Below the pieces are notes generated by a model, which saw only the letters and a program-made list of their open reading frames with translations, had not been told where the DNA came from and made no database searches. A stretch of DNA of 17,563 bases from a virus (taxonomy: Duplodnaviria; Heunggongvirae; Uroviricota; Caudoviricetes). Location of the stretch: the IMG/VR virus record IMGVR_UViG_2737471860_000010, positions 1 through 17,563 of that record. One strand, given 5' to 3'. Below, in pieces: positions 7,380 through 15,816 of the stretch; positions within the stretch are counted from its first letter, which is position 1; every line of letters begins with the position of its first letter. Position numbers and translations under genes: made by a program.

Positions 7380-9908
7380 ATGAACACCAACCGCGAATGG
7401 GCCTGGTCATGGAACGCTCCACTGCCCGTTATCGACCCGGAAACCTTCGGCAGAGCGTTACCACAGAAGCCGACGGCATTACGCAGGGCAATTCAGAGCT
7501 ACATCAACGAAGACATCCGGATTAATGCCCGGCTGGATGAAGAAACCGTCGTCTTCCTGACAAGCACAGAAAAAGGCAGGCAGATTAATTCGCACCTTCA
7601 TCACGACGAAGAGCGGCAGATACGGCTGGAAAAGCTGGCCAGGTACAGACGCGATAACCCACCCACGCTGGTATCCGAGGCCATGGCAGAGCTGCGCGCC
7701 CTTCCGGCCTTTCTCGCCGGACCGTTGATTCGCAGGCTGGCGTTCTTCAGACGCAAACAGGACGATGCCCGTCAGAAAGAACTTAAGAACAACAGCGCAT
7801 ACGCAGCGGATAACTTCGTTCGCCACGGGCTGCGCGCCCGTCTGAAACGCATCAGACAGGTGAATGAACGGTTTGCCACTACAGCATTTAAGGCCACCGC
7901 TGCCCGCGAACGACTGGATGAACTCCTGATACTCCCGCAACTGGAGCGCGACGACATTCAGCGCCTTGCCACCCTGACCGCCACCGCGTTTTCCGCCGCA
8001 CTGGAGCGCGCATTTGATGAGGCCATCAAAAGGACCGGAAAGGGGGATGATGACCTGTACACCTGGCTGCTGACCTACCAGCCGCTGGCACATATGGCGT
8101 TAAAACTGGGTGTCACCCCGCCCTGCTGGCCGTCGCTGGAAATCAGACCCGACCGCCGCACCGCCCCCGACCTGGAACAGGTGCCGGGTGCAGTCATGCG
8201 TCTTTCCTGCGCGAACTGGTGGAACGGTCAGTTAAGACACCTTCGCGACATCTGGCGGGAAGAGCTGTTACGCGCCGCAGGTCTGGTGTCACGTAAGGAG
8301 TCGGTATACATCAGCCATGAAGCGTTACTGGACTGGCGCGAAAAACGCCAGCGCACCCGCGATTTTCTGAAAGCCTGGGATGTCGAGAACGAAGAGGGAG
8401 AGCGGTTCAGCCTTGAGGATATCTACTGGGCCGGACTCGCCAATCCGCGCAACCGTCGCAACGAGATGATGGCCTGCGTCCGGGGAATGGAGCAGGTCGC
8501 CGAAGCGCGCGGCGATGTGGCGTTTTTCGTCACCGTCACCGCCCCTTCCCGTTTTCACAGCGTGAACGATGACGGCAGCCTGAACCCGAAATTCTGCGGG
8601 GCAACGGTACGCGATGCCAGTGATTACCTGGTTTACAGATTTTTCGCTGCCGTCCGCAAGGCCATCAGCAAAGCCGGGCTGGGCTGGTACGGTGTACGCA
8701 CCGTGGAGCCTCACCACGACGGCACACCGCACTGGCACATGCTGGTATTCACCAGTCCGGAAAACGAAGCCCGTATCACTGAAATCATGCGCAACGCCGC
8801 CATCAGGGAGGACCGTGCAGAGCTGGGTGATGATATCTCCCCGCGTTTTAAATGCGAAAAAATCGACCCAGCAAAAGGCACCCCGGCAAGCTATATCGCG
8901 ACCTATATCGGTAAGAACCTGGACGCCAGCGTATTTATGGGGAATGACCCGAAAACCGGCAAACCATACGCAGACAGGGAATCAGGCAAAACAATGGCAG
9001 AAACCGTGGAGAACGCCATCGGCTGGGCGACCCTTCACCGCATCCGCCAGTTCCAGTTCTTCGGTATCCCGCCACGCCAGGTATGGCGCGAACTCCGCCG
9101 TCTTGCCGGGCAGATAGCCCGTAACCCGAAGGCACCACAGCGCCTCGATAATGAAGACATTGACGCCATACTGGCCGCCGCTGATGTGGGATGTTTTGCC
9201 ACCTACATCACCAGGCAGGGTGGTGTACTCATTCCCCGCAACACGTACCTGGTCCGCACCGCATACGAAACCGCCGAAGAGGCCAACGACTACGGCGAAT
9301 TTCCGCAACGTATTTACGGTGTCCGTGCACCGTCACTCGGGGAGCAGTACACCATATGCACCCATCCGGACACCTGGAAACTGGTCAGACGTAAGCCGGA
9401 AGGTGAAGACAGCGCCAGCGAAACTGATTTTGACGTTGAGGGCGACTTTGTCGCCCCTTGGACTCGTGGCAATAACTGTCCCCATGACCAGAATTTAACC
9501 AGTAATGCCACGCCAGAAGGGCAACAGGACAGACGCAGGGAGCAACGACTTACCCTGCCGGAAGGTGATTTAACCGAATGGCTGAGGTCGCTGACACCGG
9601 TACAGAGAAAACAACTCACCCGGCAGTTGAAAAACCCGCCACCTGACACAGAAACCGTGAAAAACGGCGGCATCAGTGCGCCCACTGACGGCGTTCGCGT
9701 GGATGTCGCACTGACAGCAGAGCCACACATCACCGCACAAATCACCTGCGAACTCGATGCACTGGGCGTACAACTGCCTGACGCAGCCATTATTTCCGTG
9801 CGTAACGGGGCCCGTGTTCTCCTGGATGACGGGCGCACCGCGTACTGGAACGACAACACCCGCCGCATTGAGCTCAACCCTGCACAGAAAACGGAGGGGC
9901 CACAATGA
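7380..9908 (+). CDS. A: Rolling-circle replication initiator, P2 gpA family (842 aa)
   Basis: ORF track 7371..9908 opens with GTG; first ATG is 7380, preceded by GGGGAG. HUH-like motif (…TPHWHMLVFT…) and the tandem-tyrosine active-site block (…SYIATYIGKN…) are characteristic of phiX174/P2 A-type initiators. Confidence 0.9.
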   Translation: MNTNREWAWSWNAPLPVIDPETFGRALPQKPTALRRAIQSYINEDIRINARLDEETVVFLTSTEKGRQINSHLHHDEERQIRLEKLARYRRDNPPTLVSEAMAELRALPAFLAGPLIRRLAFFRRKQDDARQKELKNNSAYAADNFVRHGLRARLKRIRQVNERFATTAFKATAARERLDELLILPQLERDDIQRLATLTATAFSAALERAFDEAIKRTGKGDDDLYTWLLTYQPLAHMALKLGVTPPCWPSLEIRPDRRTAPDLEQVPGAVMRLSCANWWNGQLRHLRDIWREELLRAAGLVSRKESVYISHEALLDWREKRQRTRDFLKAWDVENEEGERFSLEDIYWAGLANPRNRRNEMMACVRGMEQVAEARGDVAFFVTVTAPSRFHSVNDDGSLNPKFCGATVRDASDYLVYRFFAAVRKAISKAGLGWYGVRTVEPHHDGTPHWHMLVFTSPENEARITEIMRNAAIREDRAELGDDISPRFKCEKIDPAKGTPASYIATYIGKNLDASVFMGNDPKTGKPYADRESGKTMAETVENAIGWATLHRIRQFQFFGIPPRQVWRELRRLAGQIARNPKAPQRLDNEDIDAILAAADVGCFATYITRQGGVLIPRNTYLVRTAYETAEEANDYGEFPQRIYGVRAPSLGEQYTICTHPDTWKLVRRKPEGEDSASETDFDVEGDFVAPWTRGNNCPHDQNLTSNATPEGQQDRRREQRLTLPEGDLTEWLRSLTPVQRKQLTRQLKNPPPDTETVKNGGISAPTDGVRVDVALTAEPHITAQITCELDALGVQLPDAAIISVRNGARVLLDDGRTAYWNDNTRRIELNPAQKTEGPQ

Positions 9909-10336
9909 CCCGTTTTTACTGCACCATGCAGCGCCAGCGCTTTGACAACATGATGCGCCAGCGCACGCCATTACTGACTCTGAACAACATTGCCACGAGA
10001 CCACAACCCGGCGATGAACTGGAAATCACAGTGGTCAATCCTGACCGCACCACGAAAACCACCATTACAGATATACTCAACAGACGGCCGGGAAATGAAC
10101 ATAAGAGCTGGATTGTCTCAGTTCGTACCCGCCGTTCGCCGGAGGAGTCGGAGCCGTGCACACCTGCAGGGAAAATCATGCAGAAGTACCACGAAGAACA
10201 GGCACACAAACACAACGCAGCACTGGCCAGAACACTGAATGTCGTCAATCGCAAGGCCGCCCTGGCGGGAATGGTCTTTTCACCACAACGCAATTCATTC
10301 GCCAGGCCGACACAACACCGGAGAACACCACAATGA
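9905..10336 (+). CDS. Hypothetical protein translationally coupled to A (143 aa)
   Basis: ATG 9905 overlaps the A stop (ATGA) and follows GGAGGGG. Basic product with no recognisable motif. Confidence 0.6.
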   Translation: MTRFYCTMQRQRFDNMMRQRTPLLTLNNIATRPQPGDELEITVVNPDRTTKTTITDILNRRPGNEHKSWIVSVRTRRSPEESEPCTPAGKIMQKYHEEQAHKHNAALARTLNVVNRKAALAGMVFSPQRNSFARPTQHRRTPQ

Positions 10337-10824
10337 ACGAAGTCGATTATCAGGCGTTGCGTGACACAGCAACGGCAACAGAAAAAGTGGCAACACCAAA
10401 GAAACTTCTGGCATTTCGTATTAAGGCCACACCATCGGTGGTACTGGCTCTCCTGGACGAACGGGACAGGCTCAGGGATTACGTTAACCTGTACGAAGGA
10501 GAAAAGTGGCATTACTTTCAGCTCGCCGGGTCCGAGGCTGAACGTGCAGATAAAGCAGAAAAAGAACTGGGAAAAGCGAAGCTGCGCATCGCTGAGCTGG
10601 AAGAAATCGCGACTGACTATGCGCTGAAATTCCAGAAAGCCCAGGATGCACTAAAGCATGCAGTCTTACTGCACAAAAACACATCAAGGAGCTTTACGGT
10701 TTTCCTGCCAGAAATCAGTGAATACTTCATCGACGATGTGTTTCAGCCTTTACGCTATGAACGGGATATTGAAAAAGCCGTTATCCTGGCAGGTGGTGTG
10801 GTCAAATGGCATAACAAGAAATAA
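10333..10824 (+). CDS. Hypothetical coiled-coil protein (163 aa)
   Basis: ORF track 10156..10824. Start set at ATG 10333, overlapping the upstream stop (ATGA). Central heptad-like region (…AERADKAEKELGKAKLRIAELEEIATDYALKFQKAQDALK…). Confidence 0.6.
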   Translation: MNEVDYQALRDTATATEKVATPKKLLAFRIKATPSVVLALLDERDRLRDYVNLYEGEKWHYFQLAGSEAERADKAEKELGKAKLRIAELEEIATDYALKFQKAQDALKHAVLLHKNTSRSFTVFLPEISEYFIDDVFQPLRYERDIEKAVILAGGVVKWHNKK

Positions 10825-10831
10825 TTAAGAG

Positions 10832-10876
10832 AACCGGGAACAGGTGCGCAAATTCTTTGTGCGCCTGTTCCCGGTT
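10832..10876. terminator. Long hairpin between convergent gene ends (candidate bidirectional terminator)
   Basis: AACCGGGAACAGGTGCGCA / loop AATTCTT / TGCGCCTGTTCCCGGTT. About 19 bp of stem with two G-U pairs, sitting between the stop at 10824 (+) and the stop at 10957 (-). Confidence 0.6.
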
Positions 10877-10956
10877 GGACAAGCAAAGCGCGTCAGAAAA
10901 TGGATGAGCAGAACATGCACAATAAAAGGCATTTACACAGAATCCTAAACAGGCTC

Positions 10957-11583
10957 TCAACGTACGGTTCTTATCCTCCGGATATCCATTCTGACAATCT
11001 GGTCACGAGGGATCCATGTCGCCAGATTGCCAGACTGCTTATCCATTACGTTATCATATTTCATCCATTCACGACTGTTATTATCTCTGTAATGTGTGAC
11101 ATAAAGAGTAATGTCACCATTGTTACCAAGCGTCAGTGGCCCATTTGGTAGCTGTTCAAAATCAGCCGATAAAAGAGAACGTAATACCGAGCCATCTTTC
11201 AGAAATACTAAAACCTCTGTTACAGGAAAATCAGTCTGTTCAAACATCGACTGCCACGCAGAACTACTACTGTCTGACCATGAGATATCATGCTTTCTGA
11301 GGAAGCGGTACATCCATGCTCGTGCATATTTACGCCAGTATGCGCCACTCGCCACAGCATATAAAACCGTTGGAAGTGTAGCCGTCCAGTCATCAACACC
11401 TGCCCATACAAATGCATGGTAAACCATAGCGGAAAACATGCCAAAAATCAGGGTGGAAAACGTTATCTCTGTAGGTTTATGACTATCGTTGATCCCAACA
11501 GTTGATATGAAATAGCCAATATATCCACAGGAAAGCGTGACAAGTGCCTCCCATGGTAAATTCAAAAGAGAAGAGTCCAACAT
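10957..11583 (-). CDS. Membrane protein with 2-3 N-terminal TM helices and a ~110 aa soluble C-terminal domain (208 aa); candidate effector of a cargo system
   Basis: ATG (rc 'cat' 11581-11583) preceded by GAGGGT, 21 nt after the stop of the zinc-finger gene. Hydrophobic segments WEALVTLSCGYIGYFISTVGI and ITFSTLIFGMFSAMVYHAFVWAGV, plus a weaker third. Followed by a long hairpin. Confidence 0.7.
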   Translation of the reverse strand: MLDSSLLNLPWEALVTLSCGYIGYFISTVGINDSHKPTEITFSTLIFGMFSAMVYHAFVWAGVDDWTATLPTVLYAVASGAYWRKYARAWMYRFLRKHDISWSDSSSSAWQSMFEQTDFPVTEVLVFLKDGSVLRSLLSADFEQLPNGPLTLGNNGDITLYVTHYRDNNSREWMKYDNVMDKQSGNLATWIPRDQIVRMDIRRIRTVR

Positions 11584-11604
11584 CAGTTACCCTCATCACC
11601 ACAC

Positions 11605-11862
11605 TCATCCAGCCTGCAGCAATTCCAGCGCCATCTGCTTTTCTTCCGGGCGCATGCGTTCTATCAGTAATTTCAGTACACCGTTATCCAGACCGCTTGG
11701 GACAAGCGTATGAGAATAGGTCAGATTCATCACCCAGGTATGCCCACAGTCAAGCCGGGTACAGCGGTAATATACATCGGCAAAATGGTCCGTTTTCCAT
11801 ACGGTTTTTTCAATAATGGCCACCGAACCACAGCAATGACACCGTGCCTTTTGTCTGCGCAT
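11605..11862 (-). CDS. Ogr/Delta-type zinc-finger protein (85 aa)
   Basis: ORF track 11605..11928. Start set at the internal ATG (rc 'cat' 11860-11862) with a strong SD (GGGAGGTGGAAC-ATG). C-x2-C-x22-C-x4-C spacing (CHCC…YYRCTRLDCGHTW) matches P2 Ogr as recalled. An alternative ATG at 11926-11928 overlaps the Q stop. Confidence 0.65.
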   Translation of the reverse strand: MRRQKARCHCCGSVAIIEKTVWKTDHFADVYYRCTRLDCGHTWVMNLTYSHTLVPSGLDNGVLKLLIERMRPEEKQMALELLQAG

Positions 11863-11927
11863 GTTCCACCTCCCGACAGATTGCTTCGGTCGTGGTGATT
11901 TTAACCGCTCTCGTCCTGTACAGCACA

Positions 11928-12977
11928 TTATCTGCCCTGCTCTTCAAAATTAAGGTCAAACACCACGCGCCCGAGGCGGAGAATATCACGGTCACTGTTG
12001 ATACTTTCCATTATCAGCCGTCGCATGGGGATCACTTCATCACGGTAGTACGCTTCGCGTGATTTGAGCGGATCACCAAGTCCGGCAGTATTGGCTGGAA
12101 TAATGCCAGCCAGCCCTGGCGGGAAACGGTGCGCAACAAGTTGGTCCTGCGCACTGATATTCTTGATATTCAGAAATTCATCTTTGGTACCGGTATCACC
12201 AACAGGAATTACCTTCACCCCCTCAGCATTCCCTCCGGGTATATTAATAAACATGGATTTAAAATTTCCTGCGCCTTTTGACTGTTCAATTTTTTTACGA
12301 AACTCATCCTCGAGCTCAGGCGACATATCAGGATCCGTGGTATATAAAATGTAACCGAGGTGTGCGCCGTTTTTAAAATATTTACGGCGGAACCGGGTGG
12401 CATCCACATTAAGCATGGCGGACTCCATACCATGGATATAGTCCGGAACCCCATATACCTGTTGTTGCGGATCGTAGATGGCAACAAAGACCACTTCATC
12501 AGGTCCATATACCGTGTCATCCATAGCCATCTGCACGATCACCGTTCCACCGTTACTGTTGCGGCGCAGATACAGGGAGGGTAGCGTGACAAGCCTGACC
12601 ACTTTCCCGAAACCATTGCGCACTTTCAGCAGTCCGACATCACCGAATATCAGCAGGTTGGTGACAGCAGCTGTCATTGCCGCGTGACTCATGCCGCCAC
12701 CACTTTTAAATCCCTGCATAATCATATTAACCCGCGCACGTAACACTGCCCCATGATAGGGGGCAATATTGGCCAGTACGGCAAGGTCCATCCGTTCAAC
12801 AGGCGGCTGGTAATAGCCGTTATAACCGTCCCAGAATGTGCCGTTATAACTTCCCCAGGCAGCAACTGGCTCGGGATCACCAAATTCAATCAGGCTCATT
12901 TTTTTGCCTGCTGACTGTCCTTGCGTATTCACTGCGACATCACCTTGCTGCCGGCACTGTTTATTCTTTTTAGTCAT
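11928..12977 (-). CDS. Q: Portal protein, P2 gpQ family (349 aa)
   Basis: ORF track 11928..12983 opens with TTG; first ATG is 12975-12977 (MTKKNKQ…), 8 nt inside the 3' end of P. Length and position (downstream of P, divergent from O-N-M) fit P2 Q. Confidence 0.85.
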   Translation of the reverse strand: MTKKNKQCRQQGDVAVNTQGQSAGKKMSLIEFGDPEPVAAWGSYNGTFWDGYNGYYQPPVERMDLAVLANIAPYHGAVLRARVNMIMQGFKSGGGMSHAAMTAAVTNLLIFGDVGLLKVRNGFGKVVRLVTLPSLYLRRNSNGGTVIVQMAMDDTVYGPDEVVFVAIYDPQQQVYGVPDYIHGMESAMLNVDATRFRRKYFKNGAHLGYILYTTDPDMSPELEDEFRKKIEQSKGAGNFKSMFINIPGGNAEGVKVIPVGDTGTKDEFLNIKNISAQDQLVAHRFPPGLAGIIPANTAGLGDPLKSREAYYRDEVIPMRRLIMESINSDRDILRLGRVVFDLNFEEQGR

Positions 12978-14748
12978 CAGCAAAAACCCACGTTGATTTG
13001 CGTTTATTTTTGTAATTCAGCGGCTCATTACTGAGCGCATGGGCAATAGCGAAAAACACATCCGCATGGCCGGTTTCCTCACTACGTTCTGCCGTAAAGG
13101 TAACTTTGTTGCCACTGCCTGTGGTTTCCTGGCGAATGGCCATGAATGAAGCCGGAATATCCTTTGCCTCTTCATCCCATTCGATGCGCCGGGCATCCAC
13201 CACATCCAGCATTTTCATCACCAGACGATTTTTACTCTCAACGCTGTAATGAATGGCCACGGTTTCACGGCGGGCAAATCCCTGAACAAGTTCATAAACG
13301 CCATACCCGAGCCCGGTGACATCTATCCCGATAAAGGTCATGTTATAGCGGGATTTAATGGCGCGGATACGTTCAGCCATATACTGAAATGACATGCTGC
13401 GCCAGTGATGTTTTTCCAGTACACGAAAGCGTTCCCCTTCGACCAGTGGCGGTGCCACCACCACAAACGTGGCATTATCCCCCCCTCTCGCCGGGTCAAA
13501 ACCGCCCCAGACCTCACGATTACCGAACGGCGCCGGTTCATCAGGATTGAAGTCCTCCCATATTCGGGGGTCAACACCACAACGCTCCAGATCTTCAAAA
13601 CGGAAAATGCTCTCCTTGTCGTCCACGAACTGGCACATAAACAACATCCTGAACGCGGTCTCACTGTATCGTTCGCGCAGTTCGTTGATATCGGCAAGGT
13701 TAAATCCACCGGCAATGGCATCTTCCAGCGTCACCACGTAACGCCACTGCCCGTCAGGACATTCGCGCCCACCGTCACGCAGCTCATCAAAGGACGGGAA
13801 TTCAACCTGTTTACGCTTCGGATCTCCGCGTCGCCATTCATCACCGGACCAGAACGCGTATCCCTGGTGTGTTTTACCGGACGGTGTAGAAAAATAGGTC
13901 AGACGCCACCGCGAGTGTGTGGCCATACCGGAAGCAACCGTATTAAGACGTTCAAAGCCGGGGATCCACAGATATTCATCAATGTACACGTGACCACTGT
14001 TTGACTGTGCGGTGTTACTGTTCGTTGCCAGAAAATACAGCTCAGCCATATTACTTAACCTGACAGGATTACCCTTAATTGCGATCCCAAATTCTTGCTG
14101 TGCAATTTTAACAATATAGGTACGAAAGACTTCCGCCTGACGTTTTGAAGCGGACAGAAATATCTGAGTGTCGCCAGTTAATACAGCATCTTCGAAAGCT
14201 TCAAAGGCAAAATAAAAGGTTGCACCAATCTGACGGGATTTAAGCAAATTACGTACACGGCGAATTTTGTTTTTCCGAAGGTGTAACTGATAAGCGAACA
14301 GTTTTTTAGTAAACGGTTCAAAACTCTCTGCCGTCAGTCCGGAAATATCATTAGCCTTACGTCGGCGTTCTTTTTTACCGCTTTCACTGTTACCACGGGA
14401 TACCGGCGAACTGTCTGCCATCTCAACAGACATATGTTCAATTTCTGCCATTCGTTCTGTATGTCTGTGTCTGGCAGACATCAGTTTCACATGGTGCCCG
14501 ATAAGACGATCAAGTTCATCCCGCTCTTCCTGACTTTTATGTTCACGCTCTGTCAGCGTCATCACACGACGGGCGATCACCTCCTCCACACCTTCGGTAC
14601 TGAGCTGCGTATACCACTCATATTTTGTTGCCCAGTAATAAACAATACGCGGACTGTTAAGCCCCAGCTTTTTTTGTATTTCTTTCGGCGTATACCGTTT
14701 CAGATACAGCGCACGGGCAGCAGCTATCACTTCATCAGAATAAGCCAT
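12970..14748 (-). CDS. P: Terminase large (ATPase) subunit, P2 gpP family (592 aa)
   Basis: ORF track 12970..14892. Start set at the internal ATG (rc 'cat' 14746-14748, MAYSDEVIAAARALYLKRYTPKEIQ…) preceded by ACGGAGGAG. Length matches P2 P; divergent from O. Confidence 0.88.
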   Translation of the reverse strand: MAYSDEVIAAARALYLKRYTPKEIQKKLGLNSPRIVYYWATKYEWYTQLSTEGVEEVIARRVMTLTEREHKSQEERDELDRLIGHHVKLMSARHRHTERMAEIEHMSVEMADSSPVSRGNSESGKKERRRKANDISGLTAESFEPFTKKLFAYQLHLRKNKIRRVRNLLKSRQIGATFYFAFEAFEDAVLTGDTQIFLSASKRQAEVFRTYIVKIAQQEFGIAIKGNPVRLSNMAELYFLATNSNTAQSNSGHVYIDEYLWIPGFERLNTVASGMATHSRWRLTYFSTPSGKTHQGYAFWSGDEWRRGDPKRKQVEFPSFDELRDGGRECPDGQWRYVVTLEDAIAGGFNLADINELRERYSETAFRMLFMCQFVDDKESIFRFEDLERCGVDPRIWEDFNPDEPAPFGNREVWGGFDPARGGDNATFVVVAPPLVEGERFRVLEKHHWRSMSFQYMAERIRAIKSRYNMTFIGIDVTGLGYGVYELVQGFARRETVAIHYSVESKNRLVMKMLDVVDARRIEWDEEAKDIPASFMAIRQETTGSGNKVTFTAERSEETGHADVFFAIAHALSNEPLNYKNKRKSTWVFADD

Positions 14749-14824
14749 AACTCCTCCGTATAAATAAACTTCGACCATTTTCGAAAAAGGTCTTTCTGAA
14801 GACGAACAGCAGAATTCAGTTATT

Positions 14825-14848
14825 TTCGGATATACCGGTTTATCCGAA
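14825..14848. promoter_or_regulatory. Near-perfect 24-bp palindrome in the divergent P/O promoter region
   Basis: TTCGGATATACCGGTTTATCCGAA, 22 of 24 positions symmetric. About 100 bp upstream of the O start and ~77 bp upstream of the P start. Confidence 0.5.
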
Positions 14849-14933
14849 TACAGCAGAAATAAACAGGATGACGCCGGCACAGGATTATTCATCTAATACC
14901 CGCAGTACGGTTTTATCAGTGAATAAATTTCCT

Positions 14934-15806
14934 ATGACGAAACAGAAAACAGACTGGGTTGTGGTCGCCACCTCGGGAAAGGCTGTTGACGGTCGCGATA
15001 TTGAAGAAAAATGGCTGACAGATGCCGCAGAGGTCTATAACGCGGAAGAATACACTGCCATGCTCTGGCCATATCATGCTGACCCTGGCTGGCGTGCCTT
15101 CACCAACAACTACGGCACAATTGAGGAACTGAAAACCGAAAAATTCGGCGACAGGATCCAGCTCAAAGCCCGCATTGTGCCGAACCGTTTCCTCCTGGAA
15201 GCCAACAAAGCCGGACAGAAGCTGTTCACATCCGTGGAAATCAGCGATGACTACATGGGCACCGGCAAATTCTGGCTCAGTGGTATCGCTGTCACCGACA
15301 CACCGGCCAGCATTAACACCACCCGCCTGCACTTTTCACAGGGTAACGCTGTCCGCATGGGGAATGCAGAAACGCTGAATTTCACGCTGCAGCCTGATGA
15401 TGAGCAGGCCAAACGGGGCTTTTTCTCCCGCTTTTTCACTTCGTCACCTCACAAACAGGAAGAGGCACCAATGAACCAGGAACAATTTAACCAGATGATG
15501 AGCGCCATTCAGCAGACCGGAGATCGCCTGGACAGACTGGAAAATCAGTTCAGTCAACTGTCAGCGCAGGAGAAATCAGAACCTGACGCAGAAAAGACAA
15601 CGAATGCACAGGATAACACGCAGAAGACTGAAGGCACTGAAGCCACCTTCACCCAGTCAGAAGAGCAACTGCAGAAAATGTTTTCCACCATCGTGAATAT
15701 TGCACAGAAGGTGGAAAATCTTGAAACCGCATTCAGCGAACTCAGCCGTGAAGCCACCACCATTCCTGGAAGAGCGCCGGAAACCAACACGTTTAAACTG
15801 ATTTAA
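14934..15806 (+). CDS. O: Capsid scaffolding protein, P2 gpO family (290 aa)
   Basis: ORF track 14868..15806. Start set at ATG 14934 (MTKQKTDWVVVATSGKAVDGR…), which aligns with the P2 O N-terminus (…GDTCDGR…) as recalled. Block …AGQKLFTSVEISDDYMGTGKFWLSGIAVTDTPAS… is characteristic. Confidence 0.85.
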   Translation: MTKQKTDWVVVATSGKAVDGRDIEEKWLTDAAEVYNAEEYTAMLWPYHADPGWRAFTNNYGTIEELKTEKFGDRIQLKARIVPNRFLLEANKAGQKLFTSVEISDDYMGTGKFWLSGIAVTDTPASINTTRLHFSQGNAVRMGNAETLNFTLQPDDEQAKRGFFSRFFTSSPHKQEEAPMNQEQFNQMMSAIQQTGDRLDRLENQFSQLSAQEKSEPDAEKTTNAQDNTQKTEGTEATFTQSEEQLQKMFSTIVNIAQKVENLETAFSELSREATTIPGRAPETNTFKLI

Positions 15807-15816
15807 GGATAAAACG

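Noticed and set aside
7479-8093. 204-aa minus-strand ORF, plus others at 8325..8738, 8982..9308 and 9314..9877, inside replication gene A
   Set aside because: These are shadow ORFs antisense to a well-supported gene with conserved motifs. They have no ribosome-binding sites and a Gly/Arg/Ser-rich composition.
9916-10512. 198-aa minus-strand ORF opposite the two A-coupled genes
   Set aside because: Cys/Arg-rich translation with no RBS. It is antisense to two translationally coupled genes that have good start contexts.
13405-14004. 199-aa plus-strand ORF, plus others at 13338..13721 and 14434..14763, inside terminase gene P
   Set aside because: Antisense or overlapping shadow frames within a strongly supported terminase gene.
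14868-14933. Upstream ATG for the scaffold gene O (312-aa form)
   Set aside because: The alignment with the P2 O N-terminus, as recalled, begins at the ATG at 14934. The upstream extension has no counterpart and a poorer start context.
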